Part shown: positions 23,571 through 39,135 of the stretch, piece by piece
Numbering within the stretch: position 1 is the stretch's first letter
How the letters are laid out: every line of letters starts with the position of its first letter
DNA from: Candidatus Marinacidobacterales bacterium
Lineage (GTDB): Bacteria; Acidobacteriota; Vicinamibacteria; Marinacidobacterales; SMYC01
Reading direction: 5' to 3'
DNA length: 64,000 nt
Assembly: GCA_965224085.1 (NCBI GenBank)
Contig: CBDCYI010000005.1
Coordinates: 1,216,001 to 1,280,000, forward strand
Notes under the pieces: generated by a model
The model's input: only the letters and a program-made list of their open reading frames with translations
The model's database searches: none
Told to the model about the DNA's origin: nothing
Position numbers and translations under genes: made by a program

Positions 23571-23655
23571 CGCCTTCGTCTTCCCTTCTAAGGTCTTCGT
23601 TCCTGAAAAAGAAATCCTGAACCCTAAGCCAGCCGGAGTTCAGGACAACCTGCCG

Positions 23656-23684
23656 AGTTTAGCAAAATGGGTGCCACGGGTCAA
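23656..23684 (-). promoter_or_regulatory. sigma70 promoter of the str operon
   Basis: TTGACC-17 bp-TAAACT with TG extension, upstream of rpsL. Confidence 0.7.
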
Positions 23685-23771
23685 GCTTGTCAGCGACGCT
23701 ATCCGCTATGTGCTGCGCATCTTGCTTCCGGTGTTGTTCGGTCCTTTCACTGTCTTCGACGAGTCTATTAG

Positions 23772-23960
23772 CCCTAATCGCAAAATCTTCGAAGCACGAA
23801 AACGCGAAACAGCCGCACTGGGCGCAGGCGAGAAGCTCATGCTGGGGCACCCGCTCGCCGCCACGATAGGTGATTCTGCACGGTGTATGCAGAACCTGGA
23901 AAAGGTGCTATTCACGGGGCCAAAGACCTCAGACACGGTGACGTTTATTTGCGATTAGGG
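23772..23960. mobile_element. 189-bp MITE-like non-autonomous element
   Basis: 13-bp perfect terminal inverted repeats CCCTAATCGCAAA (23772-23784) / TTTGCGATTAGGG (23948-23960), flanked by TTAG direct repeats (23768-23771, 23961-23964); no transposase. Confidence 0.8.
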
Positions 23961-28148
<4,188 letters not shown>

Positions 28149-28201
28149 ATTCTTCCTCCCAGTGTGTTAGGAGCAGAAAAAAGGGAAACAGACAATCTCG
28201 A

Positions 28202-31200
28202 TCAGTCTTTCGTCTTCAGTAGCTCGACGTCCAAGCACAAGCTCTGAAGCTCGCGGATGAGCACGTTGAACGATTCAGGAAGGCCTGGCGCGAAGGACGT
28301 GTCGCCCTTCACGATGGCTTCGTAAATTTTCGCGCGCCCGTAGACATCGTCCGACTTGGCGGTCAAAAGCTCCCGGAGCGTATGGGCTGCGCCATACGCT
28401 TCGAGCGCCCAGACTTCCATCTCTCCGAACCGCTGACCACCGAACTGCGCTTTACCACCCAGAGGCTGCTGGGTAATCAAGCTGTAAGGCCCGATGCTGC
28501 GAGCATGCATCTTGTCGTCCACGAGATGCGAGAGCTTTAGCATATAGATGTAGCCCACGGTCACCGGCTGCTCGAATCGTTCCCCGGTCATGCCATCGTG
28601 GAGTTTCGTCTTGCCACCCTCCAGCACGTTGGCCTCGAGCGCGCCTTCGTTGTTCAGCTTCTCGTTGGACTCCTCCAGAAGCTGTCGGATCTGCGGCTCC
28701 GAAGCGCCGTCGAAGACGGGCGTCGCAAAATGCAAGCCAAGCGTCTTGCCGGCCCAACCGAGATGGGTCTCGAGGATCTGCCCGACGTTCATCCGCGACG
28801 GCACGCCGAGCGGATTGAGGATGATCTCGACCGGGCGACCATCGGGAAGATAGGGCATGTCTTCTTCGGGAACGATCTTGGCGATGACGCCCTTGTTGCC
28901 GTGGCGGCCAGCCATCTTATCCCCGACCGAGAGCTTGCGCTTCATCGCGACGTAGACCTTGACCATCTTGATGACGCCTGGAGGAAGCTCGTCACCTTTC
29001 TGGATACGGGTCATCCGCTCTTCGAAAAGAGCTTTCAAGACCTCGATCTGACGCTCGGTCTTATCCTCGATCTCCTGGATTTCGTCGAGGACCTCGGCGC
29101 TCACATCGGTCTCGAGAAGGCCGAGATAGGCGGACCGGAGCTGGCGCAACATGTCCTTGGTGAGCTTGGCTTTTTTCGTGAGGATCTTTTCACCGGTCCG
29201 CGGATTGACGAGATCCTCCTCGAGCGTGCTTCCCGCGAGCCTGTCGATGACCCGCTTGTTGCGCTCTTCCTTCAAGATGCGGATCTCATCGTTCAAGTTC
29301 TTCTCGAGCATAGCCAAATCTTCGTTCTCGATGGCCTTGGCGCGCTCGTCCTTCTCGACGCCCTTGCGGGAGAAGATCTTAACGTCCACGACGATGCCTT
29401 CGATACCCGGAGGGCACGTCAGCGAAGCGTCGCGCACATCACCGGCTTTCTCACCGAAGATGGCGCGTAGCAGTTTTTCCTCGGGCGTGAGCTGGGTCTC
29501 GCCTTTCGGTGTGACCTTGCCGACGAGGATATCGCCAGGCTTCACGTAAGCGCCGATGCGGATGATGCCGGACTCGTCGAGATTTGCGAGGAAGTTCTCA
29601 GAGACGTTCGGAATGTCCCTCGTGATCTCCTCGGGGCCAAGCTTCGTGTCGCGCGACTCCGTGTCGAACTCCTCGATGTGGATCGAAGTGTAGGCGTCTT
29701 CCTTGACGAGCTGCTCCGAGACGAGGATGGCGTCCTCGAAGTTGTAGCCGCGCCACGGCATGAACGCTACCAGGATGTTTCTCCCCAGCGCGAGCTCGCC
29801 CTTATGGGTGCACGGCCCGTCGCCGATGATCTGGCCTTTCTCGATACGGTCGCCGACCCTCACGATGGGGCGCTGGTTCATGCAGGTGTTCTGGTTCGAA
29901 CGCTTGAACTTCGTGAGGTTGTAGATGTCCGCTCCGATCTCCTTGGCGCGCTTGCCCGAACCTTCCTCGATGCGCACAATGACGCGCCGGGAGTCGACCG
30001 AATCAACGACGCCGCTGCGTCGGCAGACGACGACCGCGCCGCTGTCGCGCGCCGTCGCGTGCTCCATGCCGGTACCCACAATCGGTGCGTCGGCGCGCAG
30101 CAGAGGCACGGCCTGACGCTGCATGTTCGAGCCCATGAGCGCCCGGTTGGCGTCGTCGTTCTCGAGAAACGGGATCAGCGAGGCCGCGACAGACACGAGC
30201 TGCTTTGGCGAAACATCCATATAGTCGACCTGATCCCTGGGCGCGAGGATGAAGTTCCCCGCTTGACGGCAGTTGACGCGGTCCGCGGTCAGGTTCCCTT
30301 GCTCGTCGAGCTTCGCGTTCGCCTGAGCGATGATCTGCTGGTCTTCCTCCCACGCAGAAAGATAGAACGCGTAAGGCCCGGCTTCAGGAACTCTTCCACC
30401 GTCGCGGCGTATCTTGTTCGCCTTGCGCTCGAAAGTACCGAGCTGAACGATCTCAGCGATGCTGAAATCGGCGTCACCCATCGAAGTGACTTGCACGTGG
30501 TCGATCACGCGGCCGTCGACGACTTTCTTGTAGGGGCTCTCGATGAAGCCGTACTCGTTGATGCGCGCGTAGCAGGAGAGCGAGCTGATGAGCCCGATAT
30601 TCGGACCCTCGGGCGTCTCGATGGGGCAGATGCGTCCATAGTGCGTCGGGTGCACGTCGCGCACTTCGAAGCCGGCGCGCTCACGCGAGAGACCGCCAGG
30701 CCCGAGCGCCGACAGACGCCTCTTATGCGTGACTTCCGAGAGCGGATTCGTCTGGTCCATGAACTGCGAGAGCTGCGAGGAGCCGAAGAACTCGCGGACC
30801 GCCGCCATCACGGGCTTGGCGTTGATCAGATCGTGCGGCATCGCGGTCGCCATCTCCTGATAGACGCTCATCTTTTCTTTGATGGCGCGCTCCATCCGGA
30901 CGAGGCCGACGCGGAACTGGTTCTCGAGCAGCTCGCCCACTGAGCGGACGCGCCGGTTCCCGAGATGATCGATATCGTCCACCGTGCCGACATTGCGCGG
31001 CAGGCGGAGGAGGTAGCGGATTACGGCGAAGAAATCGCGCGACTCGAGCAAACGCTGTTCGAGGCCGCCTTCACCTTCTTCGAGGCTGAGCTTCGTGTTG
31101 AGCTTGAGCCGGCCTACGCGCGAGAAATCGTATTTCTGCGAGTTGAAGAACATGCCTTGGAACAAGTGCCGCGAGCTGTCGAGCGTCGGCGGGTCACCGG

Positions 31201-32500
31201 GCCGCAAGCGGCGATAGATCTCGATGAGTGCCTCCTCCGAGCTTCGGACTGTGTCTTTCTTCGCGGTAAGAGACATGATGGTGCCCACATCCTCGATCTC
31301 CGGGTAGAAGACCTCGAGCTGGTCGATGTTGTTCTCGACGAGCATCGCAAGAATGTCGGGAGGCAAAGCATCGTTGCAGTCGACGAGCACCTCACCCGTT
31401 TCGGTGTTGACCACATCGGCGACGGAGGAGGCGCCGTCGAGATCGCCGGCCGTCAGCTCGACTTGGGTGATGCCCGCTTTTTCGATCTTGTCGAAGGCGA
31501 GCTTCGTGATGCGCTTGCCCGCGGCAACCACAATATCTTTTCTGTTCGGTGCGTTGATGTCGTGGCTGAGGCGGCGGCCCATTAGCTCCTTGGTCACTGG
31601 TAGATAGAGCTTGCCGTCGCGCAGCGCCAAAGTGTCGACGCGGTGGAACTCGCGCAAGATATCTTCGTCGCTCTTCAGTCCGAGCGCGCGCAAAAAGACC
31701 GTCGCGAGGAATTTCCGCTTCCGGTCGATGCGCACATAGAGAAGATTCTTCTGATCGAACTCGAACTCGACCCATGATCCGCGATACGGGATGATTTGAG
31801 CCAGATAGGAGCTCTTGTCGACTTCGTGGAAGAAGACGCCGGGCGAGCGATGTAGCTGCGAGACGATGACACGCTCCGTCCCGTTGATGATGAACGTTCC
31901 GTTATCGGTCATCAATGGGATATCGCCGAAATAGACTTCTTGCTCCTTGATGTCGCGGATGGAGCGTACGTTGGTCTCGGGGTCTTTGTCGTAAACCGTG
32001 AGACGGATCGTGACTTTGAGCGGGACGGAATAGGTCATCCCCCGCTCCTGGCACTCTTCCATGTCATATTTGAGCTTCAAGGCAACAGAATCGCCGCAGG
32101 TGTCGCAGACGCTCCCGCGGTTCTCGTTGCTTTTGCCGCAGGAGCGGCAAGCGATCTCGCGCTCCCCGAGCGGGTTGGTGCGGAGCGTGGTGCCACAGCT
32201 GGTGCATTTGCGACGTAGGTGCGACAGGCCTTCGAGCTTGCCGCACTTACATTCCCAGACCCCGATCGCATATTCAACGAACTGGAGTTCGCAGTTCTCG
32301 CGAAAATCGGTGATCGGGAAGATGGACTTGAACACCGCTTGAAGGCCGAGGTCCTGGCGCTCGGAGGCGAGCAAGTTCATTTGGAGAAAACGATCGTAGG
32401 ATTTCCGCTGGATCTCGATCAAATTGGGGATGGGGATCATCGCTTTGATGCGAGAGAAATCCACGCGTTCACGATAAGGATTGACCGCAACTTTTCGCAT
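28202..32500 (-). CDS. rpoB: RNA polymerase beta subunit with N-terminal Cys-rich insertion
   Basis: [32 protein letters not shown]. Confidence 0.98.
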   Translation of the reverse strand: MRKVAVNPYRERVDFSRIKAMIPIPNLIEIQRKSYDRFLQMNLLASERQDLGLQAVFKSIFPITDFRENCELQFVEYAIGVWECKCGKLEGLSHLRRKCTSCGTTLRTNPLGEREIACRSCGKSNENRGSVCDTCGDSVALKLKYDMEECQERGMTYSVPLKVTIRLTVYDKDPETNVRSIRDIKEQEVYFGDIPLMTDNGTFIINGTERVIVSQLHRSPGVFFHEVDKSSYLAQIIPYRGSWVEFEFDQKNLLYVRIDRKRKFLATVFLRALGLKSDEDILREFHRVDTLALRDGKLYLPVTKELMGRRLSHDINAPNRKDIVVAAGKRITKLAFDKIEKAGITQVELTAGDLDGASSVADVVNTETGEVLVDCNDALPPDILAMLVENNIDQLEVFYPEIEDVGTIMSLTAKKDTVRSSEEALIEIYRRLRPGDPPTLDSSRHLFQGMFFNSQKYDFSRVGRLKLNTKLSLEEGEGGLEQRLLESRDFFAVIRYLLRLPRNVGTVDDIDHLGNRRVRSVGELLENQFRVGLVRMERAIKEKMSVYQEMATAMPHDLINAKPVMAAVREFFGSSQLSQFMDQTNPLSEVTHKRRLSALGPGGLSRERAGFEVRDVHPTHYGRICPIETPEGPNIGLISSLSCYARINEYGFIESPYKKVVDGRVIDHVQVTSMGDADFSIAEIVQLGTFERKANKIRRDGGRVPEAGPYAFYLSAWEEDQQIIAQANAKLDEQGNLTADRVNCRQAGNFILAPRDQVDYMDVSPKQLVSVAASLIPFLENDDANRALMGSNMQRQAVPLLRADAPIVGTGMEHATARDSGAVVVCRRSGVVDSVDSRRVIVRIEEGSGKRAKEIGADIYNLTKFKRSNQNTCMNQRPIVRVGDRIEKGQIIGDGPCTHKGELALGRNILVAFMPWRGYNFEDAILVSEQLVKEDAYTSIHIEEFDTESRDTKLGPEEITRDIPNVSENFLANLDESGIIRIGAYVKPGDILVGKVTPKGETQLTPEEKLLRAIFGEKAGDVRDASLTCPPGIEGIVVDVKIFSRKGVEKDERAKAIENEDLAMLEKNLNDEIRILKEERNKRVIDRLAGSTLEEDLVNPRTGEKILTKKAKLTKDMLRQLRSAYLGLLETDVSAEVLDEIQEIEDKTERQIEVLKALFEERMTRIQKGDELPPGVIKMVKVYVAMKRKLSVGDKMAGRHGNKGVIAKIVPEEDMPYLPDGRPVEIILNPLGVPSRMNVGQILETHLGWAGKTLGLHFATPVFDGASEPQIRQLLEESNEKLNNEGALEANVLEGGKTKLHDGMTGERFEQPVTVGYIYMLKLSHLVDDKMHARSIGPYSLITQQPLGGKAQFGGQRFGEMEVWALEAYGAAHTLRELLTAKSDDVYGRAKIYEAIVKGDTSFAPGLPESFNVLIRELQSLCLDVELLKTKD

Positions 32501-32617
32501 TCCAGCTCCTAACGCGACGGGACCGCGAATGAACGTCCGTCGCGCGCTATCAGCTTTCGGCTTTCAGCTATCAGTAAAAGCAACGGGCTGAAGGCACATC
32601 TCGACTGTGTCCTTATG

Positions 32618-32646
32618 ACCCTAGTTGGCGATTTTTCGACTGTCAA
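32618..32646 (-). promoter_or_regulatory. Possible internal rpoBC promoter
   Basis: TTGACA-17 bp-TAGGGT just downstream of the rplL stop. Confidence 0.45.
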
Positions 32647-32652
32647 CAAGAG

Positions 32653-33036
32653 CTATTTCAGCTCCACCTGTGCTCCCGCAGCCTCGAACTTCTTCTTGAC
32701 CTCTTCGGCCTCGTCCTTCGGAATACCCTCTTTGACGGCCTTTGGTGCAGCCTCGACGAGATCCTTGGCTTCCTTCAAACCGAGGCTCGTAACTTCGCGC
32801 ACCGCTTTGATGACATTGATCTTCTTGTCTCCGATGGCGGTGAGAATCACGTCGAACTCAGTCTTCTCTTCGGCCGCTTCGCCGCCCGCTCCAGGGACCG
32901 CGACCGCCGCCACGGGGACGGCGGCGGCGGCTTGCACGCCTAGCTCGTCCTCGAGCGTCTTGACCATCTCGGAAACTTCCAAGACAGACATGCCCTTGAT
33001 GTAGTCGATTACATCTTTTTGGTTTAATTCAGCCAT
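32653..33036 (-). CDS. rplL: 50S ribosomal protein L7/L12
   Basis: [19 protein letters not shown]. Confidence 0.97.
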   Translation of the reverse strand: MAELNQKDVIDYIKGMSVLEVSEMVKTLEDELGVQAAAAVPVAAVAVPGAGGEAAEEKTEFDVILTAIGDKKINVIKAVREVTSLGLKEAKDLVEAAPKAVKEGIPKDEAEEVKKKFEAAGAQVELK

Positions 33037-33072
33037 TTTATTTCATTGCTCCTTTAATCGTGTTTCGATGGG

Positions 33073-33606
33073 CTACCCGCTACCGGTCTCGGTTTCAGCT
33101 TTTGCAGCTTTCGCCTTCAATACCAGAACCAAGTCTCGTGCGGGGGCTTGCAGGACGCCCAGGAGATTGCGGATTCCGGCCTGCAGCACCGAGAGCAGCT
33201 GCGCGTAGAGCGCCTCCCTGCTAGGGAGCGACGCAAGCGCCTTGAACTGCGCTTCGTCGACTTCTTGGCCCGCGAGAACGCCGCCCTTGAAAGCGATGGC
33301 CGGAACGCCCTTCGCGAAGTCGTGTATCGCTTTCGCCAAAGCGACGGGGTCGGTCTCGGTAAAGGCCAGCCCGGTCATCCCCTCGAGATGCGACTCGAGC
33401 GACGTAAGAATCGTGCCTTCGAGCGCGCGCCTCGTCAGCGTGTTCTTGACGACTTGATAGCTTCCGCCTGTCTCGCGAATTTTGTTTCGAAACTCCGTCG
33501 CTTCCTCGACTTTGAGACCGCGATAATCCACGGCGAAAACGGCCGCGATCCCACCGAGCTTTTCGTTCAGAGCCTCGACGGCAGCTTGTTTTTCTGCTCG
33601 TTCCAC
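33073..33606 (-). CDS. rplJ: 50S ribosomal protein L10
   Basis: DYRGL, VVKNTL, LASLPSRE. Confidence 0.96.
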   Translation of the reverse strand: MERAEKQAAVEALNEKLGGIAAVFAVDYRGLKVEEATEFRNKIRETGGSYQVVKNTLTRRALEGTILTSLESHLEGMTGLAFTETDPVALAKAIHDFAKGVPAIAFKGGVLAGQEVDEAQFKALASLPSREALYAQLLSVLQAGIRNLLGVLQAPARDLVLVLKAKAAKAETETGSG

Positions 33607-33617
33607 GACGAAATCCT

Positions 33618-34331
33618 TTACTTCCCACCCACGATGGCGGCGGCGGTGGCAGGATCAATGCGAATGCCCGGCCCCATCGTGGAGGAGATGGCGATGCTCT
33701 TGATGTACTTGCCCTTGGCAGCCGCGGGCTTCGCCTTCACGACCATATCGATGAGCGTTTTCAAGTTCTCGAGGAGCTTGTCGTCCGAGAACGACAACTT
33801 GCCGACGGGCGCATGAACGATGGCGGTCTTGTCCACGCGAAACTCTACTTTACCGGCTTTAATTTCCTCGACGGCCTTTTTGACCTCGAAAGTGACCGTA
33901 CCCGTCTTGGGGTTGGGCATGAGCCCGCGCGGCCCGAGGATCTTGCCGAGCTTGCCGACGCTGCGCATGACGTCCGGAGTCGCCACCACCGCGTCGAAAT
34001 CCATGAAGCCCTTCTGAATCTTCTCGACGACGACGTCGCCTCCAACGATGTCGGCGCCAGCCTCTTCCGCCTCCTTCAACTTCTCACCGCTCGCGATGAC
34101 ACAGACGCGACGTGAAACGCCGAGCCCGTTCGGAAGCACCACCGTGCCGCGTACCATCTGATCCGCATGCTTCGGGTTGACCCCGAGCCGCATCGCGAGC
34201 TCGAGCGTCTCGTCGAAGCCAGCAAACTTGGCGCTCTTCACACGCGCGATCGCGCTCTCGAGGCTCTCCGAATGCTCAGAGCCCGCCTCTTCCTTAGCCT
34301 TCAAGAATTTCTTGCCTTGCTTGCGTGACAT
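33618..34331 (-). CDS. rplA: 50S ribosomal protein L1
   Basis: [22 protein letters not shown]. Confidence 0.97.
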   Translation of the reverse strand: MSRKQGKKFLKAKEEAGSEHSESLESAIARVKSAKFAGFDETLELAMRLGVNPKHADQMVRGTVVLPNGLGVSRRVCVIASGEKLKEAEEAGADIVGGDVVVEKIQKGFMDFDAVVATPDVMRSVGKLGKILGPRGLMPNPKTGTVTFEVKKAVEEIKAGKVEFRVDKTAIVHAPVGKLSFSDDKLLENLKTLIDMVVKAKPAAAKGKYIKSIAISSTMGPGIRIDPATAAAIVGGK

Positions 34332-34334
34332 GAT

Positions 34335-34760
34335 TCAACCCTCGACCGTAAGACCCATGCTCCGCGCCGTGCCCGCGATGATCTTCTTCGCCGCGTCGAT
34401 ATCGGCCGCGTTCAGATCGGGCATCTTGGTCTTGGCTATCTCCTCTACTTGCTTGTCTGTGACCGTCCCCACCTTGTCCCGGTTGGGCTCTCCCGACCCC
34501 TTTGCGATACCGGCGGCGCGCTTGAGGAGCACGGCGGCCGGGGGCGTCTTGGTGATGAAGGAATAGGAACGGTCTTGATAGACCGTGATGACGACCGGAA
34601 TGATGAGCCCTTCTTGCTTCGCCGTTCTCGCGTTGAAAGCCTTGCAAAAATCCATGATGTTGACTTGGTGCTGACCCAGAGCCGGGCCCACGGGCGGCGC
34701 TGGGGTCGCCTTGCCAGCCGGGATTTGCAGCTTGATCAACCCTACGATTTTTTTCGCCAT
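34335..34760 (-). CDS. rplK: 50S ribosomal protein L11
   Basis: [20 protein letters not shown]. Confidence 0.97.
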   Translation of the reverse strand: MAKKIVGLIKLQIPAGKATPAPPVGPALGQHQVNIMDFCKAFNARTAKQEGLIIPVVITVYQDRSYSFITKTPPAAVLLKRAAGIAKGSGEPNRDKVGTVTDKQVEEIAKTKMPDLNAADIDAAKKIIAGTARSMGLTVEG

Positions 34761-34799
34761 TGTTTTTCAGTTCCAGTTTTCCGCTTCAGAGCTAGTGCA

Positions 34800-35333
34800 C
34801 TAGGTCTTTTCCACCTGGAGGAAGTCGAGCTCCACTGGAGTCGAGCGCCCGAAAATCGTGACCATCACCTTCAACGTGTTGCGGTCGGAATTGACTTCGT
34901 CCACCACTCCGGAAAAATTGCTGAACGGGCCATCGATGATGCGCACACTCTCGCCGCAGTCGAACGTATATTTTGGCTTCGGCTTCTCGGCGGCCGCGAC
35001 CGTGACTTGATGGATGACTTGCTCCACCTCTTCGTCGGTCAAAGGGGCCGGTTTCTGGCCCGCGCCGACGAAGCCCGTCACCTTCGGTGTGTTCTTTACG
35101 ACGTGCCACGTCTCGTCGTTCATCTCCATCTGGACGAGCACGTAGCCCGGAAAGAAACGCTTCGCGCTCACGACCTTCTTGCCGCCCTTCATCTCGACCA
35201 CGTCTTCTGTCGGGATGAGAACGTCACCGATTTGCTCCTCGAGACCGAATGCCTGAACCCGTTGTTTGAGGCTCTCGGACACTTTCTTCTCGAAGCCAGA
35301 ATAGGTGTGGACGATGTACCACTGCTTGGTCAT
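34800..35333 (-). CDS. nusG: Transcription factor NusG
   Basis: [28 protein letters not shown]; start moved to ATG 35333. Confidence 0.96.
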   Translation of the reverse strand: MTKQWYIVHTYSGFEKKVSESLKQRVQAFGLEEQIGDVLIPTEDVVEMKGGKKVVSAKRFFPGYVLVQMEMNDETWHVVKNTPKVTGFVGAGQKPAPLTDEEVEQVIHQVTVAAAEKPKPKYTFDCGESVRIIDGPFSNFSGVVDEVNSDRNTLKVMVTIFGRSTPVELDFLQVEKT

Positions 35334-35474
35334 GGTCGTACTCAACTTTAGTGCTCGCTCTTTCTTGTCCCTTGCGCCGAGCTCGCTGGCCGCGCTCCTC
35401 GCGCGGTCTCCCGGCCCATTCGGGCCGTGGGAGCGTTGCGAGCGCAGGGTGCCGATGAACAACTGTTGGGCACC

Positions 35475-35687
35475 CTAGGTTCCCACCAACCGGGTCAACG
35501 CGGCGGCGAGATAAGACATCGCCACATCCATTCCGTAGAGATAAAAGCCGAAAAAGAACACTGTAATAATGACGACGACGGTGGTGCCGTAGACCTCTTT
35601 CCGGGGAGGCCAGGTCACCTTCTTGAACTCGGCTCGCACCTCGACGAGGAACGCATTCGCTCTCTTTGGATATTCGAGAATATTCAC
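35475..35687 (-). CDS. secE: Preprotein translocase SecE
   Basis: E.KKVTWP.RKE followed by one TM helix. Confidence 0.93.
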   Translation of the reverse strand: MNILEYPKRANAFLVEVRAEFKKVTWPPRKEVYGTTVVVIITVFFFGFYLYGMDVAMSYLAAALTRLVGT

Positions 35688-35739
35688 TTCGTCACCATTT
35701 CGTTATGAATCCACAAACTCGGCCGCAGCGCGGGGCGTC

Positions 35740-35815
35740 TGGCAGGCCAGGAGGGACTTGAACCCCCAACCCCCGGTTTTGGAGACCGGTGCTCTGCCAA
35801 TTGAGCTACTGGCCT
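35740..35815 (-). tRNA. tRNA-Trp (CCA)
   Basis: 76-nt cloverleaf, acceptor AGGCCAG/CTGGCCT, anticodon loop CTCCAAA, encoded CCA. Confidence 0.96.
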
Positions 35816-35966
35816 ACTTCGACTCCTTGTGAAGAACGTGCGTTCGGCAAAAAGGGCAATATTTCTTGAGCTGCAATCGATCCGGCGTCTTCTTCTTGTT
35901 GCGCGTCGTCGAATAGTTCCGGCGCTTACAATCGGAGCAGGCCATTGAGACAATTTCGCGTGCCAT
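35814..35966 (-). CDS. rpmG: 50S ribosomal protein L33, Zn-binding type (not in ORF track)
   Basis: Manual translation [50 protein letters not shown]. Confidence 0.95.
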   Translation of the reverse strand: MAREIVSMACSDCKRRNYSTTRNKKKTPDRLQLKKYCPFCRTHVLHKESK

Positions 35967-35994
35967 GCCGTGTCTAGCTCCTTTCTAAATATCG

Positions 35995-37185
35995 TCACTC
36001 GATGACGTCGGTTACGGTTCCGGCGCCGACGGTGCGGCCGCCTTCGCGGATGGCGAAGCGCAGGCCCTTCTCGATCGCGATCGGCGTGCCGAGCTCGATC
36101 GCGAGCGACGTGTTGTCCCCCGGCATCACCATCTCGACGCCATCGTTCAGCGTCGATGAGCCCGTGACATCCGTCGTACGGAAGTAGAACTGCGGACGGT
36201 AGCCGTTGAAGAACGGCGTGTGGCGCCCGCCTTCTTCTTTCGACAATACATATACCTCCGCCTTGAATTTCGTGTGCGGCGTGATCGAGCCCGGCTTCGC
36301 CAGTACCATCCCTCGCGCGACGTCGCTACGCTCCGTGCCACGAAGAAGGACACCCACATTGTCGCCCGCCTGACCTTCGTCCAGGAGCTTCTTGAACATC
36401 TCCACGCCCGTCACCACTTTCTTGCGCGTCTCGCTGATCCCCACGATCTCCACTTCTTCGCTGACCTTCACGATCCCGCGCTCGATCCGGCCCGTCACGA
36501 CCGTCCCACGCCCTGAAATCGAGAACACATCCTCGATCGGCATCAGGAAATCCTTCTCCACGTCGCGCTCCGGGACCGGGATGTACTCGTCGAGCGCCGC
36601 CAACAGCTCGTGGATCGGCTTCGTGTCCTCTTCCGATTCGCCCTCGAGCGCTTTCAACGCGCTGCCGCGAATGAACGGGATATCCTCGCCAGGAAACTCG
36701 TATTGCGACAGGAGCTCTTGCACTTCCAGCTCCACCAAGTCCAGAAGCTCCGGATCGTCCACCATGTCCACTTTGTTCAGGAAAACTACGATGTACGGTA
36801 CGCCCACCTGACGCGCCAACAATATGTGCTCACGCGTCTGCGGCATCGGACCATCCGCCGCAGATACAACTACAATCGCGCCATCCATCTGCGCTGCTCC
36901 CGTGATCATGTTCTTCACGTAATCCGCGTGACCAGGACAGTCCACGTGCGCATAGTGACGGTTCTCCGTCGAGTACTCCACATGAGCCGTCGCGATCGTG
37001 ATGCCGCGCTCTCTTTCTTCCGGTGCGTTGTCGATCGAATCGAAGCTCCGGAAAGCTGTGTCCTTCGCTCCTTTTGCCAAAACCTTCGTGATGGCAGCCG
37101 TCAACGTCGTCTTTCCGTGGTCCACGTGACCAATCGTCCCAACGTTCAAATGCGGCTTACTTCGATCGAATTTTTCTTTCGACAT
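35995..37185 (-). CDS. tuf: Elongation factor Tu (tRNA-operon copy)
   Basis: Protein identical to 19245-20435. Confidence 0.98.
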   Translation of the reverse strand: MSKEKFDRSKPHLNVGTIGHVDHGKTTLTAAITKVLAKGAKDTAFRSFDSIDNAPEERERGITIATAHVEYSTENRHYAHVDCPGHADYVKNMITGAAQMDGAIVVVSAADGPMPQTREHILLARQVGVPYIVVFLNKVDMVDDPELLDLVELEVQELLSQYEFPGEDIPFIRGSALKALEGESEEDTKPIHELLAALDEYIPVPERDVEKDFLMPIEDVFSISGRGTVVTGRIERGIVKVSEEVEIVGISETRKKVVTGVEMFKKLLDEGQAGDNVGVLLRGTERSDVARGMVLAKPGSITPHTKFKAEVYVLSKEEGGRHTPFFNGYRPQFYFRTTDVTGSSTLNDGVEMVMPGDNTSLAIELGTPIAIEKGLRFAIREGGRTVGAGTVTDVIE

Positions 37186-37293
37186 CCTTCATCTCCATCA
37201 GGCCAACTTGCTGGCGCTCCGCCGCCCGCTCGAGCTCGATTGTCGCTCGTCTCATAATTTACCGGCTTTACGGGCCCTATCGCTCCTCGAAAA

Positions 37294-37368
<75 letters not shown>

Positions 37369-37401
37369 CCGTAATTGCTCGATTCCACTCCGTTGTGAAA
37401 C

Positions 37402-37477
37402 TGGAGCGGGAGACGGGACTCGGACCCGCGACCCTCAGCTTGGAAGGCTGATGCTCTACCAACTGAGCTACTCCCGC
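37402..37477 (-). tRNA. tRNA-Gly (TCC)
   Basis: GCGGGAG/CTCCCGC acceptor, anticodon loop TTTCCAA-like (CTTCCAA), CCA. Confidence 0.93.
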
Positions 37478-37499
37478 CCGTAATCCTTTCCCCCGAGAT

Positions 37500-37586
37500 T
37501 GGTGGAGCGGGAAGGATTCGAACCTTCGAAGGCGCAAGGCCGGCAGGTTTACAGCCTGCTGCGTTTGACCGCTTCGCTACCACTCC
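37500..37586 (-). tRNA. tRNA-Tyr (GTA)
   Basis: Long variable arm, anticodon loop CTGTAAA, GTTCGAATC, ACCA. Confidence 0.95.
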
Positions 37587-37672
37587 AACACTCCACATGC
37601 GAGACGCAGACCTCATCGCCGTCAGTCGTTCGAATTTTTTGTCGGGGGTAGTCAAGAGAGCAATACTAATCG

Positions 37673-37748
37673 TGGGGCTGGCGAAGGGATTTGAACCCCC
37701 GACCGGCTGATTACAAATCAGCTGCTCTACCAACTGAGCTACGCCAGC
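37673..37748 (-). tRNA. tRNA-Thr (TGT)
   Basis: GCTGGCG/CGCCAGC acceptor, anticodon loop TTTGTAA, CCA. Confidence 0.95.
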
Positions 37749-37929
37749 TCGCAAACGTGTGATACTACCAGAAGGCGAACCGCTACTACAACGCATAAAA
37801 CACAGATTCAGAGACGACGGTCGAGGCGAGGCTTCCTCCTGGGAAAGCCTATAGTATAGCGTTCGAGAGAAGGAAAGCAAAATCTATTCCAGCATTCAGG
37901 ATTCAGGACCTTTTTTCGGTGATTCTCTC

Positions 37930-38658
37930 TCAGCTGGGAGAGCTTTGCTTTGTTCTTTGGCGCACTACTTCGTATAAGGTGATTCCGGCGGCTACGGATA
38001 CGTTTAGCGATTCTACCGAGCCTCTTTGAGGGAGGGAGACTAGGGTGTCGCAGGTTTTGGCTACTCTTCTTCTTAGGCCTCGGCCTTCCGAGCCTAGGAC
38101 TAGTACGACGGGTTCGGTGTAGTCGAAGTTGTGCCACGGAGCTTTGGCGTCTAGGGTTAGGCCTACAGACCAGATTCCCCTTTCTTTCATTTCGGTTAGG
38201 GCGTCTGCGAGGTTTCTTACGCGGGCGATTTTCGCATGATGGAGGGCGCCGGCGGAGGCGGATATCGCTGCTTCGGATGGTGGGGCGGTTTTGCGCTCCG
38301 GGACGACGGTCCCGTCGACGCCGGCGCCCTCCGCGGCGCGGACGACGGCGCCGAAGTTTCTCGGGTCCTCGATCTGGTCCAGAGCGAGAAAAAAAGCTGG
38401 GGTTTTGGCGTCTTGAAGAAGTTCGTGAAAGTCGGACCACTCGAAAGCGACGAGTTCGGCCAAAACACCTTGAGTACCGACGCGATCGCGGGGCTCGCGG
38501 TAGACAGGGATTCCGCTCTCGCGGGCGAGGGATATGATCTCGCGCTTGCGTCCGTCCAGCGAACCTTCGGTGACGACGATTTTGCGGACGCTCTGGGGTG
38601 CGGCCCTCAGTGCTTCGCGTACCGCGTGGATGCCGCAGATGGTGTTCACTACGTTCAC
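37930..38658 (-). CDS. rlmB: 23S rRNA Gm2251 methyltransferase (TrmH/SpoU family)
   Basis: DPRNFGAVVR, GSEG.GL, SLNVSVA. Confidence 0.9.
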   Translation of the reverse strand: MNVVNTICGIHAVREALRAAPQSVRKIVVTEGSLDGRKREIISLARESGIPVYREPRDRVGTQGVLAELVAFEWSDFHELLQDAKTPAFFLALDQIEDPRNFGAVVRAAEGAGVDGTVVPERKTAPPSEAAISASAGALHHAKIARVRNLADALTEMKERGIWSVGLTLDAKAPWHNFDYTEPVVLVLGSEGRGLRRRVAKTCDTLVSLPQRGSVESLNVSVAAGITLYEVVRQRTKQSSPS

Positions 38659-39134
38659 GACGACGTCACGGTCACCACAGCCTGGACAGCGATGCCTTCA
38701 GCCCTGCCGGTGAACCCCATCCCGTCCGTCGTCGTGGCTTTGAGCCCGACCGCGTCTTCGGGAATGCCGAGGATCTCGGAGAGCCTTGTTCTGATGGACG
38801 GGAGATAGGCGCTCAGCTTCGGCGCTTCGGCGATGACGACCACGTCGACTTGCTGCGGGCGAAAGCCTTTTTCTTCCGCAACCGTTCGCGCCTTCTCGAG
38901 GAAGAGTTGACTCGAAGCGCCTTCCCATTGGGGATCGCTCGCGAGGAAGAGCGAGCCGATATCGGGGGCGGCTACCGCGCCTAGGAGCGCGTCGGTGAGC
39001 GCGTGTAAGAGCACATCTGCGTCCGAGTGGCCTTCGAGACCACGCTCGTACTCGATGGTCTCGCCACCGAGAACAAGCTTTCTTCCCGGAGCGAGGCGAT
39101 GGGCATCGAAGCCGATCCCGACGCGTATGCTCAC
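38655..39134 (-). CDS. ispF: 2-C-methyl-D-erythritol 2,4-cyclodiphosphate synthase
   Basis: GFDAH, GHSDADVLLHA, KATT...GF.GR. Confidence 0.95.
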   Translation of the reverse strand: MSIRVGIGFDAHRLAPGRKLVLGGETIEYERGLEGHSDADVLLHALTDALLGAVAAPDIGSLFLASDPQWEGASSQLFLEKARTVAEEKGFRPQQVDVVVIAEAPKLSAYLPSIRTRLSEILGIPEDAVGLKATTTDGMGFTGRAEGIAVQAVVTVTSS

Positions 39135-39135
39135 G

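Noticed and set aside
23671-23958. 95-aa ORF between rpsL and rpoC
   Set aside because: Overlaps the str promoter and the MITE-like element; no protein-family features
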